Source of the DNA: Pontiella sp.
GTDB lineage: Bacteria > Verrucomicrobiota > Kiritimatiellia > Kiritimatiellales > Pontiellaceae
Reading direction: 5' to 3'
DNA length: 64,000 nucleotides
NCBI GenBank assembly: GCA_050290185.1
Contig: JBNKHE010000006.1
Span: 96,001-160,000 of the forward strand
In this document: positions 19,228 through 29,849 of the stretch, piece after piece
Layout of the letters: every line of letters starts with the position of its first letter
How positions within the stretch are numbered: the stretch's first letter is position 1
Position numbers and translations under genes: made by a program
The notes under the pieces: model-generated
Seen by the model: the letters and a program-made list of their open reading frames with translations, nothing else
The model's database searches: none
What the model was told of the DNA's origin: nothing

Positions 19228-22200
19228 GATCCGACCAGGCCTTTCCCGGTGACGATGCACAGAAACGACGGCAACGGGCCGAAGCGGCGATCCCGAAGCG
19301 GGACTTCCCGGATGTATCCTCGCTCCCGAAACAGAAGATCCATAAGCTTTTCCATGAACTGCAAGTGCATCAAATCGAGTTGGAGATGCAGAACCAGGAA
19401 CTGAGACGGAGTCGGCAGGAACTCGATGCCGCCAAAACCCGCTATTTTGATCTGTACGATCTAGCACCCGTTGGATACCTGACCCTGAATCAGGAGGGGC
19501 TGATTCTGGAAGCCAACCTTGCAGGGGCGAACCTGCTGGGACTGACCCGTTCGGCGCTCACCGGAAAATCGATTACTCAATTCATCCAGGACGAGGATCA
19601 GGATATCTTTTATTTGCACCACAACCAGCTCTTCGAAACCCGGGATCCCCAAACCTGTGAATTGCACATGAGGATTGAGGGAGGGGCTCCAATGTGGATC
19701 CGACTGAAAGCCAACGCGGTTTTTGATGAAGACGGTTCCCCAAAATGCTTCGCAGTCATGATCGACATCAATGATCGCAAACAACTGAATCAATCTCTCC
19801 AGACCCATGCGAAAGACCTCGAAAAAACCAACCTCGAACTGAACCAGGCCCGGAAGGCGGCCCTAAACATTATGGAGGACGCCGTCCTGGCCAAACAAGG
19901 ACTGGAGTTGACGCAGTTTGCGCTGGATCATGCCGATACCATCTTATTCAGGCTCGGCAAGGATGCCTCAATCAAATATGCCAACCCTGCGGCCTGCCAA
20001 AAACTGGGATATACGAACGACGAACTGGTGAACCTGTCGATTCCCGATCTCGACCCGGGTATGACTCAAGAACGCTGGAATGCCCATTGGAACGAGATGA
20101 GGAAGAAAAAGGCGCTTTACTTTGAAGGGCATCACCGAAGCAAGCATGGAGAAACCTTTCCGGTTGAGGTCCATGCCAGCTTTATCCAGCAGGATGGTGA
20201 CGAATATATTTTTGCCTTCATCAACGACATTACCGAACGCAAGCGGGCCGAGGAACAGATTGCCGATATGGCCCGCTTCCCGGCGGAAAATTCCAACCCC
20301 GTGCTGCGGATTTCAAAAGACGGAACGCTTCTGTACCGCAACGCCGCCTCCGCTTGTCTCGAGGGTTCTCTTGCGGGTGCGAAGGAAGGCGATCCGTTGC
20401 CCGAAACATGGTACCGACACGTCCGGGAAATCTTTTCCAACGGAAAACCTCACGAAATAGAAATGGGAAATGAATGCAGTTTTTTTTCCGTCACACTGGT
20501 GCCGTTCCCTGAACGCGGATACGTGAACATCTATGCAAAAGACATTACAGAGCTGAAACGGCAGACCAAGGCGCTGCGGACAAACGAAGAAAAGATGCGC
20601 ACCACGCTTACTTCCATTGGCGATGCAGTAATTTCGACGGATGCCGGAGGCCGGATCGAACTGATGAACCCATTTGCGGAAACGCTCACCGGATGGAAAC
20701 AGGCCGACGCCGCTGGAAAACCGTTGCGCGAAGTGTTCCCCATCTTCAATGAAATAACGCGCGAACCGGTTCCCAGCCCTGTCGACCTCGTATTGAGAAC
20801 CGGCAGGAAGGTCGAGCTCGCCAATCACACCATGCTGCGTTCCAGAGAGGGCCATGAAATCCCGATTGCCGACAGCGGAGCCCCGATCCACGATACCGAT
20901 GGCCGGATATCCGGCGTCGTGGTGGTGTTCCGCGATCAGACCAAAGAGCGGACCGCACGAAACGAGCTGGCGGCGAACGCCTCCCGGTTACGGCGGGCGC
21001 AGCAGGTGGCTCAGGTGGGGGACTGGGAGTTCGATCTGATCCGGAACACCGTCTCCGCGTCCGACGAGGCAAAACGGATCTATGGACTTGAGGAGGAGCA
21101 GTGGAGCATTGCCGGGGTTCAGAAAATTCCATTACGTCAATACCGGGGAATGCTTAATAGGGCGCTGAAGAAACTTGTACATGACGGGAAACCCTACGAC
21201 GTCGAGTTCACCATCAAACGCCCGTCGGATGGTGCGTTGCTCGATATCCATTCCGTCGCGGAATACGACCCTGGGAATCAGGTGGTCTTCGGCGTGATTC
21301 AGGATATTACATCCCGCAAACAGGCGGAGCGCGCTCTGCATGAACTTAACGACATCCAGAGCTTGATTCTGAACAATAGTACACTGGGCATTGCGCTGAT
21401 TCTTCAGCGGAAGTTCGAATGGGTTAATCCGCGCATGTGCGAGATGATCGGCATGTCCGAAGAGCAGCTTCGAGGTGGCTCAACGCGCTTGTTCTATCCC
21501 AACGAGCAGCAATTCAGCCGAATCGGAAAAAAAATCTACACCACACTCGGAGAAGGCCGCCGCTTCGATGACAAGGTTCAGTTCCAGCGTCAGGATGGAA
21601 CGCTCTTCTGGTGCAGGCTGATCGGCACAGCCATTGATCCCAACAAACCCAAAGATGGATCGCTCTGGATGCTTGAGGACATCACCGAACAGGAAGAACA
21701 CCAAATGCAACTGCTGCTTCTTTCAACAGCGATCGAGCATTCGCCCGAAACCATTATGATTACCAATCCGGACGGAAATATCCAATATGTGAATCCGGCC
21801 TTCGAAGCCACAACCGGCTACACGGCAGAAGAGGTCCTTGGCCAGAATCCGCGCCTACTAAAAAGCGAACAGCATCCGCTCTCTTTCTATTCGGACATGT
21901 GGAAAACCATTGTATCCGGCAACACCTGGGAAGGGCGCGTGTGCAATAAACGCAAGGATGGAACGTTCTTCACCGAAGAAACCACTATCACGCCGGTACT
22001 GGATGAAGACGAACAGATCGTCAACTATGTCGCCATCCAACGGGACATCACCCAGGAGCTGGTGAAAGAAGAAGAGCTTCAGCAGGCGCACAAAATGGAG
22101 GCCGTCGGGCAGTTGGCCGGCGGGGTGGCGCACGATTTCAACAACATCCTGCAGGGCATCCTCGGGTTCAGCGAGCTGTTGCGGTTCGAGTTGAATCAAA

Positions 22201-23210
22201 CATCCCAGGCCTACGACAATGCCAACGAAATCCACAAGGCGGCAAAGCGGGCAACGAAACTGACACAACAGTTGCTCGCCTTCAGCCGCAAGCAGCCCGT
22301 TCAACTATCGGAAATGGACCTGAATAATGTGGTCAACGATTCAGAAGCCTTGCTGCATATGCTGCTCGGAGGGAAACATGAGCTGGTGCTGGATCTATCG
22401 GACGCATTGCCCCCCGCATATGCCGACCACAGCCAGATGACGCAGATTATCATGAATCTGGCCGTGAATGCGCGAGATGCCATGCCGAACGGCGGCCGAC
22501 TGAGCATTTCAACCGAATGTGTCCTGATTGATGCCGCCGATGCCGCATATATTCCCGGAGCGCGGAAGGGCCGCTTTCTGTGCCTTTCCGTAACCGATAC
22601 CGGTTGCGGCATGCCTGCCGAAATAAAAAATCGCATTTTCGACCCGTTTTTCACTACAAAGGAGATCGGGAGCGGAACGGGTCTGGGACTTGCCGTAATC
22701 TATGGGATTGTCGAACAAAATAATGGCTGGATCAACGTCTACAGCGAAATCGACAAAGGCAGCTGCTTCAAAATCTATCTGCCGGCTGTAAATACGGATG
22801 AACTTCATGGCGAGAGCGACCAGTCAGACCGGCAGGATATCCGGAATACCCGTATCCTTGTGGTTGAGGACGACCCGGAAATTCGGAGCATGGTGCAGGA
22901 GGTTCTCGGGAGCGCCGCTTACGGCGTCGTGGTGGCGTCCAATGCCGAAGAAGGTCTGGCACTGTTCGATCAGGAGGAGGGCGGATTTGACCTGCTGATG
23001 AGCGACATGGAGCTTCCCGGAATGCGGGGCGACGAGCTCGCAGAAATACTTCGAGACAAAAACCCGACCCTTCCCGTCCTGCTCTTCAGCGGATACCGCG
23101 ATCAGACAAATCGCTGGAAACATATTATTAAAAAGGAATATCTATTTTTGAACAAACCATTTACGGTTCAGGTCTTGCTGGATGCGGTTGAAAACTTATT
23201 GAAAGACTGA
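19224..23210 (+). CDS. Cytoplasmic multi-PAS hybrid sensor histidine kinase
   Basis: About 7 PAS domains, H-box GGVAHDFNNIL, NLAVNARDAM, DTGCGM, GTGLGL, C-terminal receiver; ATGA overlap with upstream sensor. Confidence 0.95.
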   Translation: MRSDQAFPGDDAQKRRQRAEAAIPKRDFPDVSSLPKQKIHKLFHELQVHQIELEMQNQELRRSRQELDAAKTRYFDLYDLAPVGYLTLNQEGLILEANLAGANLLGLTRSALTGKSITQFIQDEDQDIFYLHHNQLFETRDPQTCELHMRIEGGAPMWIRLKANAVFDEDGSPKCFAVMIDINDRKQLNQSLQTHAKDLEKTNLELNQARKAALNIMEDAVLAKQGLELTQFALDHADTILFRLGKDASIKYANPAACQKLGYTNDELVNLSIPDLDPGMTQERWNAHWNEMRKKKALYFEGHHRSKHGETFPVEVHASFIQQDGDEYIFAFINDITERKRAEEQIADMARFPAENSNPVLRISKDGTLLYRNAASACLEGSLAGAKEGDPLPETWYRHVREIFSNGKPHEIEMGNECSFFSVTLVPFPERGYVNIYAKDITELKRQTKALRTNEEKMRTTLTSIGDAVISTDAGGRIELMNPFAETLTGWKQADAAGKPLREVFPIFNEITREPVPSPVDLVLRTGRKVELANHTMLRSREGHEIPIADSGAPIHDTDGRISGVVVVFRDQTKERTARNELAANASRLRRAQQVAQVGDWEFDLIRNTVSASDEAKRIYGLEEEQWSIAGVQKIPLRQYRGMLNRALKKLVHDGKPYDVEFTIKRPSDGALLDIHSVAEYDPGNQVVFGVIQDITSRKQAERALHELNDIQSLILNNSTLGIALILQRKFEWVNPRMCEMIGMSEEQLRGGSTRLFYPNEQQFSRIGKKIYTTLGEGRRFDDKVQFQRQDGTLFWCRLIGTAIDPNKPKDGSLWMLEDITEQEEHQMQLLLLSTAIEHSPETIMITNPDGNIQYVNPAFEATTGYTAEEVLGQNPRLLKSEQHPLSFYSDMWKTIVSGNTWEGRVCNKRKDGTFFTEETTITPVLDEDEQIVNYVAIQRDITQELVKEEELQQAHKMEAVGQLAGGVAHDFNNILQGILGFSELLRFELNQTSQAYDNANEIHKAAKRATKLTQQLLAFSRKQPVQLSEMDLNNVVNDSEALLHMLLGGKHELVLDLSDALPPAYADHSQMTQIIMNLAVNARDAMPNGGRLSISTECVLIDAADAAYIPGARKGRFLCLSVTDTGCGMPAEIKNRIFDPFFTTKEIGSGTGLGLAVIYGIVEQNNGWINVYSEIDKGSCFKIYLPAVNTDELHGESDQSDRQDIRNTRILVVEDDPEIRSMVQEVLGSAAYGVVVASNAEEGLALFDQEEGGFDLLMSDMELPGMRGDELAEILRDKNPTLPVLLFSGYRDQTNRWKHIIKKEYLFLNKPFTVQVLLDAVENLLKD

Positions 23211-23219
23211 GATGATTCC

Positions 23220-23630
23220 ATGGCTAAGATACTGTTGATCGATGACGATCCAACCATCCAAAAGGTATTCTCCCAATTCCTAACCAATATGGGACACGAG
23301 GTCGGGCAGGCAGAGAATGGGAAAATTGGGCTCCGCATGATGGAGGAAGGCCGCCCCGATCTGGTGATTACCGACATCATGATGCCGGAAATGGATGGAC
23401 TGGAGATCCTCTTGAAAATCCGCAGCAACCACGACGATATTCCCGTCATAGCGATTTCCGGCGGCATGCGTGCACTCCCGGTCAACTTCCTGCATCAGGC
23501 TAAGCTTTTCGGGGCAAAATACGTTTTTGAAAAACCGGTGCCGCTCGATGTGCTGAATAACGCCGTGAAGGAATTGATTGAGGACAATGACGCCTCCGTA
23601 AACTCGGGAAAGGTTGAGAGAGATTCATGA
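23220..23630 (+). CDS. Stand-alone response regulator receiver
   Basis: ILLIDDD, DLVITDIMMPEMDG, ISG, FEKP. Confidence 0.93.
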   Translation: MAKILLIDDDPTIQKVFSQFLTNMGHEVGQAENGKIGLRMMEEGRPDLVITDIMMPEMDGLEILLKIRSNHDDIPVIAISGGMRALPVNFLHQAKLFGAKYVFEKPVPLDVLNNAVKELIEDNDASVNSGKVERDS

Positions 23631-23882
23631 GTCCCATTGATTCAATGATTTAAGCACAGGATGGCATATTGCAGGGTCTCTCGCTATGCGAAACAATCGC
23701 TCAGCGATCTCTATAGCCTATATGAGGAGTGCATACCGGAGATGGCGGACCTCCGGCACAAAATTTCCGCCGAAGAACAAAACCACACTGTCATGCTCAA
23801 CCGGGTCCGATCCGATCTGACCACTGGCGAGGTGATTTCGCCGGATAAAGCTCACGTCACCATCCGCAACTGCTTTGCGTGA
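23627..23882 (+). pseudogene. Probable decayed ferritin/rubrerythrin-like gene
   Basis: ATG overlaps receiver stop; in-frame TAA at 23651; a +1 shift at 23691-23693 joins ILQGLSLCE to QSLSDLYSLYEEC..ISAEEQNH (E..Y..EExxH). Confidence 0.55.
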
Positions 23883-23891
23883 AATACGTCC

Positions 23892-24116
23892 CTATTCCGC
23901 GTCGAAGTCTGTACACAGATAAAGCGCCTCTACCTGATCGCGCGCCCACTGCGTCTTGCGAAGAAACTTTAAGCTGGATTTGATACTCGGCTCCCAATTG
24001 AAGCAACGGATATCGATCTGCCGCCCCAGCTCATCCCAGCCATAATGGTCGACAAGCCGAGTCAGCAGCTTTTCCAGCGTAATTCCGTGCAATGGATTGT
24101 TGGGTTGGTTGTTCAT
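23892..24116 (-). CDS. VF530 (DUF2132) family small DNA-binding protein
   Basis: [47 protein letters not shown]. Confidence 0.9.
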   Translation of the reverse strand: MNNQPNNPLHGITLEKLLTRLVDHYGWDELGRQIDIRCFNWEPSIKSSLKFLRKTQWARDQVEALYLCTDFDAE

Positions 24117-24306
24117 GCTCTCCACCTGTTCCTTCGGATGGGAAAACTATCCGCGATCCATACCGCACAGTCAACCGGCAACGAGGTTCTTCCCGACCAA
24201 CTCATACAATTTTACTGTTTCCAATGCGAAACGATCCGATAGGTTTACAACCAGTCAGGCAGTGGCGCCCATCAGCGCGCGAATACTAAAATCCACGAGG
24301 TACTGC

Positions 24307-25227
24307 ATGGAAACCATCAAGAGCATCCTGGAAGAAATCGACTGGAAATCCCTCATCACGCATGGATTGAAAATAGTTCTGATCCTTGTCCTTTCATGGA
24401 TTGCCATGAAGATTCTTAAACGGTTGCTGGTCCAACTGGAAAAACGGCTGCTGACAGAGAGCCTAAAGGAAGGCGAGCCTCCGTCTGAATCGCGGAAGCG
24501 TATCGAAACACTGGTTCGCCTGTTGAAGAAGGCCGCCCAGCTGGCACTATGGATCGTCGTCCTGCTGATCCTGCTCACAGAACTGGGCGTCAAGGTGGGG
24601 CCGATTATTGCGGGGGCTGGTATTCTGGGCCTCGCCATCGGCTTTGGCGCGCAGAATCTGGTCCGGGATATCATCTCTGGATTCTTCATTATTCTCGAAA
24701 ACCAGATCCGGGTGAATGACGTTGCCATCATTAACGGTACCGGAGGGCTGGTGGAACGGATCAATTTCCGCACGACCGTCCTGCGCGATCTCGCAGGCCT
24801 GGTACACATCTTCCCCAACGGCGGAATCACGACCCTGAGCAACCTGACCAAGGAGTGGTCGGCCTATGTCTTCGACATCGGCGTGGCATACAAGGAAAAC
24901 ACCGATCGCGTCATTGAGGTGATGAAGGAGGTCGGCAAGGAGATGCGCGAGGATCCGGAAATCGGCCCGCTCATGCTTGAAGACATCGATATCTTCGGCG
25001 TGGACAAGTTTGCCGATTCCGCCGTCGTCATCAAGGGGCGCATCAAAACGAAACCGATCCGGCAGTGGCAGGTGGGCCGCGAATTTCTGCGCCGGGTCAA
25101 GTTTGCCTTCGACGAACATGGCATCGAAATCCCTTTCCCGCACCGCAGCATCTACTATGGCGAAAAGAGCAAGCCGATCGATCTGCAGATCTACGAGCGG
25201 TTCCAGGCCGCCGAACAGAAGGACTGA
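24307..25227 (+). CDS. Small-conductance mechanosensitive channel (MscS family)
   Basis: AGAGILGLAIGFGAQNLVRDIISGFFI, G.VERINFRTTVLRD, GIEIPFPHR. Confidence 0.93.
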   Translation: METIKSILEEIDWKSLITHGLKIVLILVLSWIAMKILKRLLVQLEKRLLTESLKEGEPPSESRKRIETLVRLLKKAAQLALWIVVLLILLTELGVKVGPIIAGAGILGLAIGFGAQNLVRDIISGFFIILENQIRVNDVAIINGTGGLVERINFRTTVLRDLAGLVHIFPNGGITTLSNLTKEWSAYVFDIGVAYKENTDRVIEVMKEVGKEMREDPEIGPLMLEDIDIFGVDKFADSAVVIKGRIKTKPIRQWQVGREFLRRVKFAFDEHGIEIPFPHRSIYYGEKSKPIDLQIYERFQAAEQKD

Positions 25228-25230
25228 TCC

Positions 25231-26493
25231 CTAGATCGGTTCTTCCGGCGGGGCCTGTCGCATCATGCCGGCGATGATCCAAATGACCAGCAGGCTGACA
25301 GCACCAACGGCGAGCCCCGCCAGTAGTTTGGAATACTTCCGCCAGGGCTGGACTTTCGCCATCGCATTGGGCCGCGTCTCCCCGGTACCGATGATCGGTA
25401 GCGAGTCAATCTCGTCGTCCTTGATGCGATCACGAAGATCAAAACGCGGAGCGGTGATGTCCCACCCCCGGAAATACAAGGAAGCCGTATTTTCCGCCGC
25501 CGCCTCGAAAACCAGATAGCGGGGAATGGCTTCGAGCCGCATGGTGGCGATGTCGAGCGGCTGGTCGTCGTAGTGATAGACCTGCACCTTGAGAAAGCGG
25601 TATCGCGCTTGCAGTTTCACGGTATCATTCCGATCGTCCGGCAGCGCATGGATTTCGCCGCCGCCCACCCGGCGCCACTCCTCGTTCCCGTTGTTGCGGC
25701 CGTACACGGATACACACCGGGTATAGGAACGATCATTCACATCAAAATGGATAAACTCCACGGGACGGTTCGCATGCCCGATATCGAGGACATAGGTCTG
25801 AGCTTCGTCCTTCTGTTCCCGGTTGTCGACCGGCTGTTCCGTGAACGGTACCGCTTCGCGCTCCGCATCCTTTTCGGTGAGATGCTGCAGATAGGCTCCT
25901 GCAACCTCGAAGGTTTCCCCGGCGGATTGCGCATTGGGATAAATACGTACGCGCAGGCGTGCCAGATCCGAATCGGGATAGCGGATCAACCCGTTGCGTG
26001 CATCGTGCCTCCCGGAAAACTCGATGAGGTAGCCGGAGGCCATGTGTCCCGATGGTTCGGTCCCGGCGAAGATTTCCACACGCCGCACAAACGCATGGCC
26101 GGATGTAATCAGCTCAAGCCGGTTGTGCACCGGTGTTTTGCCATCGACATCGGGAATCGCAACATCAAACTGTAGATAGGGTTCCGGGTCGGAAACCCAC
26201 GCGCTATTGAGGATATTGAGTCCAATGGATTTTTTAACGACAGTCGCCCGGGGCTCATACAGAAAAAAGGGCCACTGCACCCCTTCGGAGTCGAAAATGC
26301 GCACGTCGTTCGGAAAGTTGCGCGCCTGCCCGAAAACATCACCGTCGACCAGCACCCTGCCCTGCCGGCCGGCTTCGAACGTTCTCTCCAGCGGACGTTC
26401 CAGATCAAAGCGCGCCGGCGATGTATCCGCACCGGCGGAACGCGTCAGAGCAACCAGCGCTGCAAAACAGATCATTAAGCCCCTGGATTTCAT
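25231..26493 (-). CDS. Exported protein with C-terminal membrane anchor (DUF3999-like partner of DUF2339)
   Basis: Signal peptide, DVRIFDSEG..PF motif, C-terminal TM; ATGA overlap with upstream gene. Confidence 0.7.
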   Translation of the reverse strand: MKSRGLMICFAALVALTRSAGADTSPARFDLERPLERTFEAGRQGRVLVDGDVFGQARNFPNDVRIFDSEGVQWPFFLYEPRATVVKKSIGLNILNSAWVSDPEPYLQFDVAIPDVDGKTPVHNRLELITSGHAFVRRVEIFAGTEPSGHMASGYLIEFSGRHDARNGLIRYPDSDLARLRVRIYPNAQSAGETFEVAGAYLQHLTEKDAEREAVPFTEQPVDNREQKDEAQTYVLDIGHANRPVEFIHFDVNDRSYTRCVSVYGRNNGNEEWRRVGGGEIHALPDDRNDTVKLQARYRFLKVQVYHYDDQPLDIATMRLEAIPRYLVFEAAAENTASLYFRGWDITAPRFDLRDRIKDDEIDSLPIIGTGETRPNAMAKVQPWRKYSKLLAGLAVGAVSLLVIWIIAGMMRQAPPEEPI

Positions 26494-28736
26494 TCTTCCT
26501 CTCCCAGCGATTGGAAATAAGCCGATGCTTTCTGGTAGGCAAATGACAAGGCCAGCAAAAGAATTCCCGTTCCGATAAACGCAGCGATACGCTCAAGCCC
26601 CTTGAGTTCCGATGAGTCGACAATCAGCACCTTAAACGTAGCAATGCCGAAAAGGATCAGTCCGAAATAGCGGTGCGCGGCAATCCGGCGTTTCATGCCG
26701 AACAAAATAAGGGCCAGTGCACAAACCGCCCAAAGGATGGTAATAGCAGAGGAAGCCCAGTCGGTTTGGCTCCGCATGATCTCCCACGTCATCATCCAGA
26801 TCGCGGAAGCCAGGGCCATGATGTTGAGCACCCGTTCCGCCGGGAAAGGCGATCCGTCGGACTTCTGCAAAATATTACACAGACGGGGCTGAAGGAATAA
26901 AATCATCGCCACCACCATGGCGAGCTGCACCCAGATAACCATATTCAGGAAAGCCAGATCCGATGTCCGGTAAAGGTTGAATCCGATCACAGAGTCAATC
27001 ATGAGCTTGGCCGGTACCAGTAAAACCAGCGCAACCCCCAGCTTGACCACCGCCGAATTTCGCGGGGCCAGCATCAACGTTGCCGTTCCCGCAATAAGCA
27101 GCCCCAGGGATGTAATCAGCCAGCTGAAAACCTCATCGGTTCCCAGCGTCCAGAAGGTATCCGAAACGAAGACCAGCACGATGCCGAGCACCCCAAAACA
27201 CCAAAGCAGATTCTGCATGGGAGCGTCCTCGTCTTCCGGGAAACGGCCGGCTAGCCACCCCTGTACACCTAGCAGGACCGCAGACACCATACCGACGGCA
27301 AACCGGGCATTGAGAAAGAGGTTCGGCGGAATGTGATAAAAGGTTATGTCGAACACCAGCGCCTTCAAAATGCCGATCATGCCCAGCAGGATGGCCCCGC
27401 CCTGCAAGGGCCGCGACTGAACCCGGGTGGCAAACCAGGCCAGGGCCGCGCCCTCGACCGCCCAGCCCAGCGAAACCCATTCCCGATCGAGCTGTACCGG
27501 AAACGCCAGCGTGGCAAAAAGCAATCCGCCGGTAAGGAAACAGAGTATTTCCGCGTTGAACTTCGATAGCACCTTGAATGCAAACCGGGCCAGCCCCACA
27601 TGAACCAGCGCCAGGATCAGGAACGCCGCTCCAACCCAGTCGTTTTTACCGGCTTCATCAAGCAGCCAGTACACCGCCCCCAGCAAGAGAAACGATGACA
27701 GCAACAACCGGACCATATCGGCGGTACGACCGCCCACCTGCTGCTCGCTCCGTAGCTTCAACAGACCGAGGGCGGCATATTGGGCAAAATAGAGCACGGC
27801 GAAGCCCAGCCCGACCCATACCTCCCGGGAGCCGATCCAATCGAGCCAGACGAGGAAGTGAATGATGGTAAAGCCAAATGCGAGATTATACAAAAGCTGC
27901 CATTTACGGCGCATGCCGAGCAGCAGCACCGGAACATTGATGACCGCAACATACACCAGAGGGAAGACCCCTTCCTTGATGTCCGCTCCGATCAGCAACG
28001 GCGTAATGAACGCGCCCAGAACGCCCAATACGCCAACGGCCTGCGAGCGATAGGCCATTGCCAGCCCGAAGACCGCCAGCGCACTGGCGAACAAACCAAA
28101 GCCGGCGGAGATCGGCCCGATCAGATGGTAAATGCCGTAGGCCGCAAAAACGGAAAAATAGAACAGCGCGCTACCCCCGCCGGTCAGCACCCGCGCAAAC
28201 AGGTGCAGCTTCGGATCCTTCCGCTCCACAAAATGTCCCACCCCCACCAGCACACCGCCACACAGCAAGCCAAGGATAATGCGCGTACCGGGACCGATCC
28301 AGTTATGCTGGATGGCATAACCCACGAGAAAGACAATCCCCATCACCAGAATGGCAATGCCCGCATAAGCAGCCGCCTTGCCTCCCATCATGAATTCAAC
28401 CCCGGAATCCGCCTTTTTAGAAACAGGCTTTGTCGTGCGGGATTCAGGAGTGGGTTGGGGTTTTGGGGTCAGCGGAACCCGCTGAACAGACGTTCCCGGA
28501 GCAGCGGGCTTGTGCCCGGAAACCGGCGGACTTGGCTTATTGACCTTTTCCGGCGCAGGTTGCAGCCTGGGTTCCCTTGGCGTATCGAATTTCTGCTGGC
28601 TGAGCAGAGACTGTATTTGGCCCCGCAGCTTTCGAATCTCTTCCCGCGTCCCCGCAACCTTTACGATCGCCACAATCGACAACGTGATCGGAGCGAATAC
28701 GACCAGCAACACGATCAGAACAATAAACCCTTCCAT
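26490..28736 (-). CDS. DUF2339 family polytopic membrane protein
   Basis: Pro-rich linker, GIVFLVGYAIQHNWIGPGTRI, many TMs, KVLIVD..LERIAAFIGTGILLL. Confidence 0.88.
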   Translation of the reverse strand: MEGFIVLIVLLVVFAPITLSIVAIVKVAGTREEIRKLRGQIQSLLSQQKFDTPREPRLQPAPEKVNKPSPPVSGHKPAAPGTSVQRVPLTPKPQPTPESRTTKPVSKKADSGVEFMMGGKAAAYAGIAILVMGIVFLVGYAIQHNWIGPGTRIILGLLCGGVLVGVGHFVERKDPKLHLFARVLTGGGSALFYFSVFAAYGIYHLIGPISAGFGLFASALAVFGLAMAYRSQAVGVLGVLGAFITPLLIGADIKEGVFPLVYVAVINVPVLLLGMRRKWQLLYNLAFGFTIIHFLVWLDWIGSREVWVGLGFAVLYFAQYAALGLLKLRSEQQVGGRTADMVRLLLSSFLLLGAVYWLLDEAGKNDWVGAAFLILALVHVGLARFAFKVLSKFNAEILCFLTGGLLFATLAFPVQLDREWVSLGWAVEGAALAWFATRVQSRPLQGGAILLGMIGILKALVFDITFYHIPPNLFLNARFAVGMVSAVLLGVQGWLAGRFPEDEDAPMQNLLWCFGVLGIVLVFVSDTFWTLGTDEVFSWLITSLGLLIAGTATLMLAPRNSAVVKLGVALVLLVPAKLMIDSVIGFNLYRTSDLAFLNMVIWVQLAMVVAMILFLQPRLCNILQKSDGSPFPAERVLNIMALASAIWMMTWEIMRSQTDWASSAITILWAVCALALILFGMKRRIAAHRYFGLILFGIATFKVLIVDSSELKGLERIAAFIGTGILLLALSFAYQKASAYFQSLGEEE

Positions 28737-28916
28737 AACATGCACCCCTTTGCAGGTATTCAGTATCCGTCAATGCCCACCCCGAGTCAACGAGGCAACC
28801 AGCTGACTGCCACCTCTGGACAACCAGTCTAACAGAACCGACGATTCCAATCGTATGGGTCGCCCGCGCTGTTCATATCAGGGAGTCCTTTTGCACGAGC
28901 TATGCCATTCCCTCAA

Positions 28917-28929
28917 CCCCCCCCCCCCC
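28917..28929. repeat. C13 homopolymer tract
   Basis: 13 consecutive C. Confidence 0.9.
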
Positions 28930-29126
28930 TATCCCATTACAACAATGGAACTTACAAATTTAACCACAAATATCCAGCTCATCCAAACCTGCATCGGATG
29001 TATTGGCAGGAAACATAAAATGACCATGAACTACGGCAAAGGGCACGATGTTTTTCTATTTTCAACGCCGACTGATCCGGTAGGGTCGGCGTTTTCATAA
29101 ATCGGTTTTTTGCAAAGAGGTTTTAG

Positions 29127-29849
29127 ATGGCATGGACAGGTAAAATTATTGGCGGGGTGCTCGGTTCGCTGATCGGCCCCCTGGGCACCGTGATCGGCGT
29201 TGGCATTGGACATCAGTTCGACAAGGGGTCGGATCGCATGCAGACCACGGCGACGGCGATCCATACGGCCTTCATCGGCTGCCTGGCCAAGATGGCCAAG
29301 GCCGATGGGAAAATCACGAAGGAAGAGATCTCCGCGGTGGAGCAGATCATGGCTCGCCTAGGCTACCGGGGCCCCATGCGCGAAGCTGCCATTGAAATCT
29401 TTCGCAAAGCCAAGGATGACGCTCACACGGCCGCCGACTATCTCAACCAGCTCGCCACGATCATCCAGTTCAATCCGCAGATTGCCATGACCTTTCTCGC
29501 AGCGCTGCACGCCGTGGCGCAGGCGGACGGCATCATCCATCCGAACGAACGAGACATCCTGCTGCAGGCGGAGCGAGCCTTCCGGCTCCGGCCCGGCACC
29601 ATCGACGCCATGCTTGGCGGCGTGAGGGGCAACACCGCCAGCTCACTCGCCAACGCCTACAAGATGCTTGAAGTTTCCCCGGATGCCTCCGACGACGAAA
29701 TCAGAAAGGTGTATCGGCAGAAGTGCGTGGAATACCACCCCGACAAATTGGCCTCCAAGGGGCTCCCCGACGAATTCATGCAATATGCCAACGAGCAGCT
29801 CGCCAAGGTCAACGCCGCCTACGACACGATCAAGAAGGCGCGCGCCTGA
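29127..29849 (+). CDS. djlA: DjlA-like co-chaperone (TerB-like plus J domain)
   Basis: WTGKIIGG..GHQFD, MAKADG, VAQADG, J domain with YHPDK. Confidence 0.9.
   Translation: MAWTGKIIGGVLGSLIGPLGTVIGVGIGHQFDKGSDRMQTTATAIHTAFIGCLAKMAKADGKITKEEISAVEQIMARLGYRGPMREAAIEIFRKAKDDAHTAADYLNQLATIIQFNPQIAMTFLAALHAVAQADGIIHPNERDILLQAERAFRLRPGTIDAMLGGVRGNTASSLANAYKMLEVSPDASDDEIRKVYRQKCVEYHPDKLASKGLPDEFMQYANEQLAKVNAAYDTIKKARA

Noticed and set aside
29830..29849. 20-bp convergent overlap of djlA and the hybrid kinase
   Set aside because: Short 3' overlaps are common; no evidence of function.
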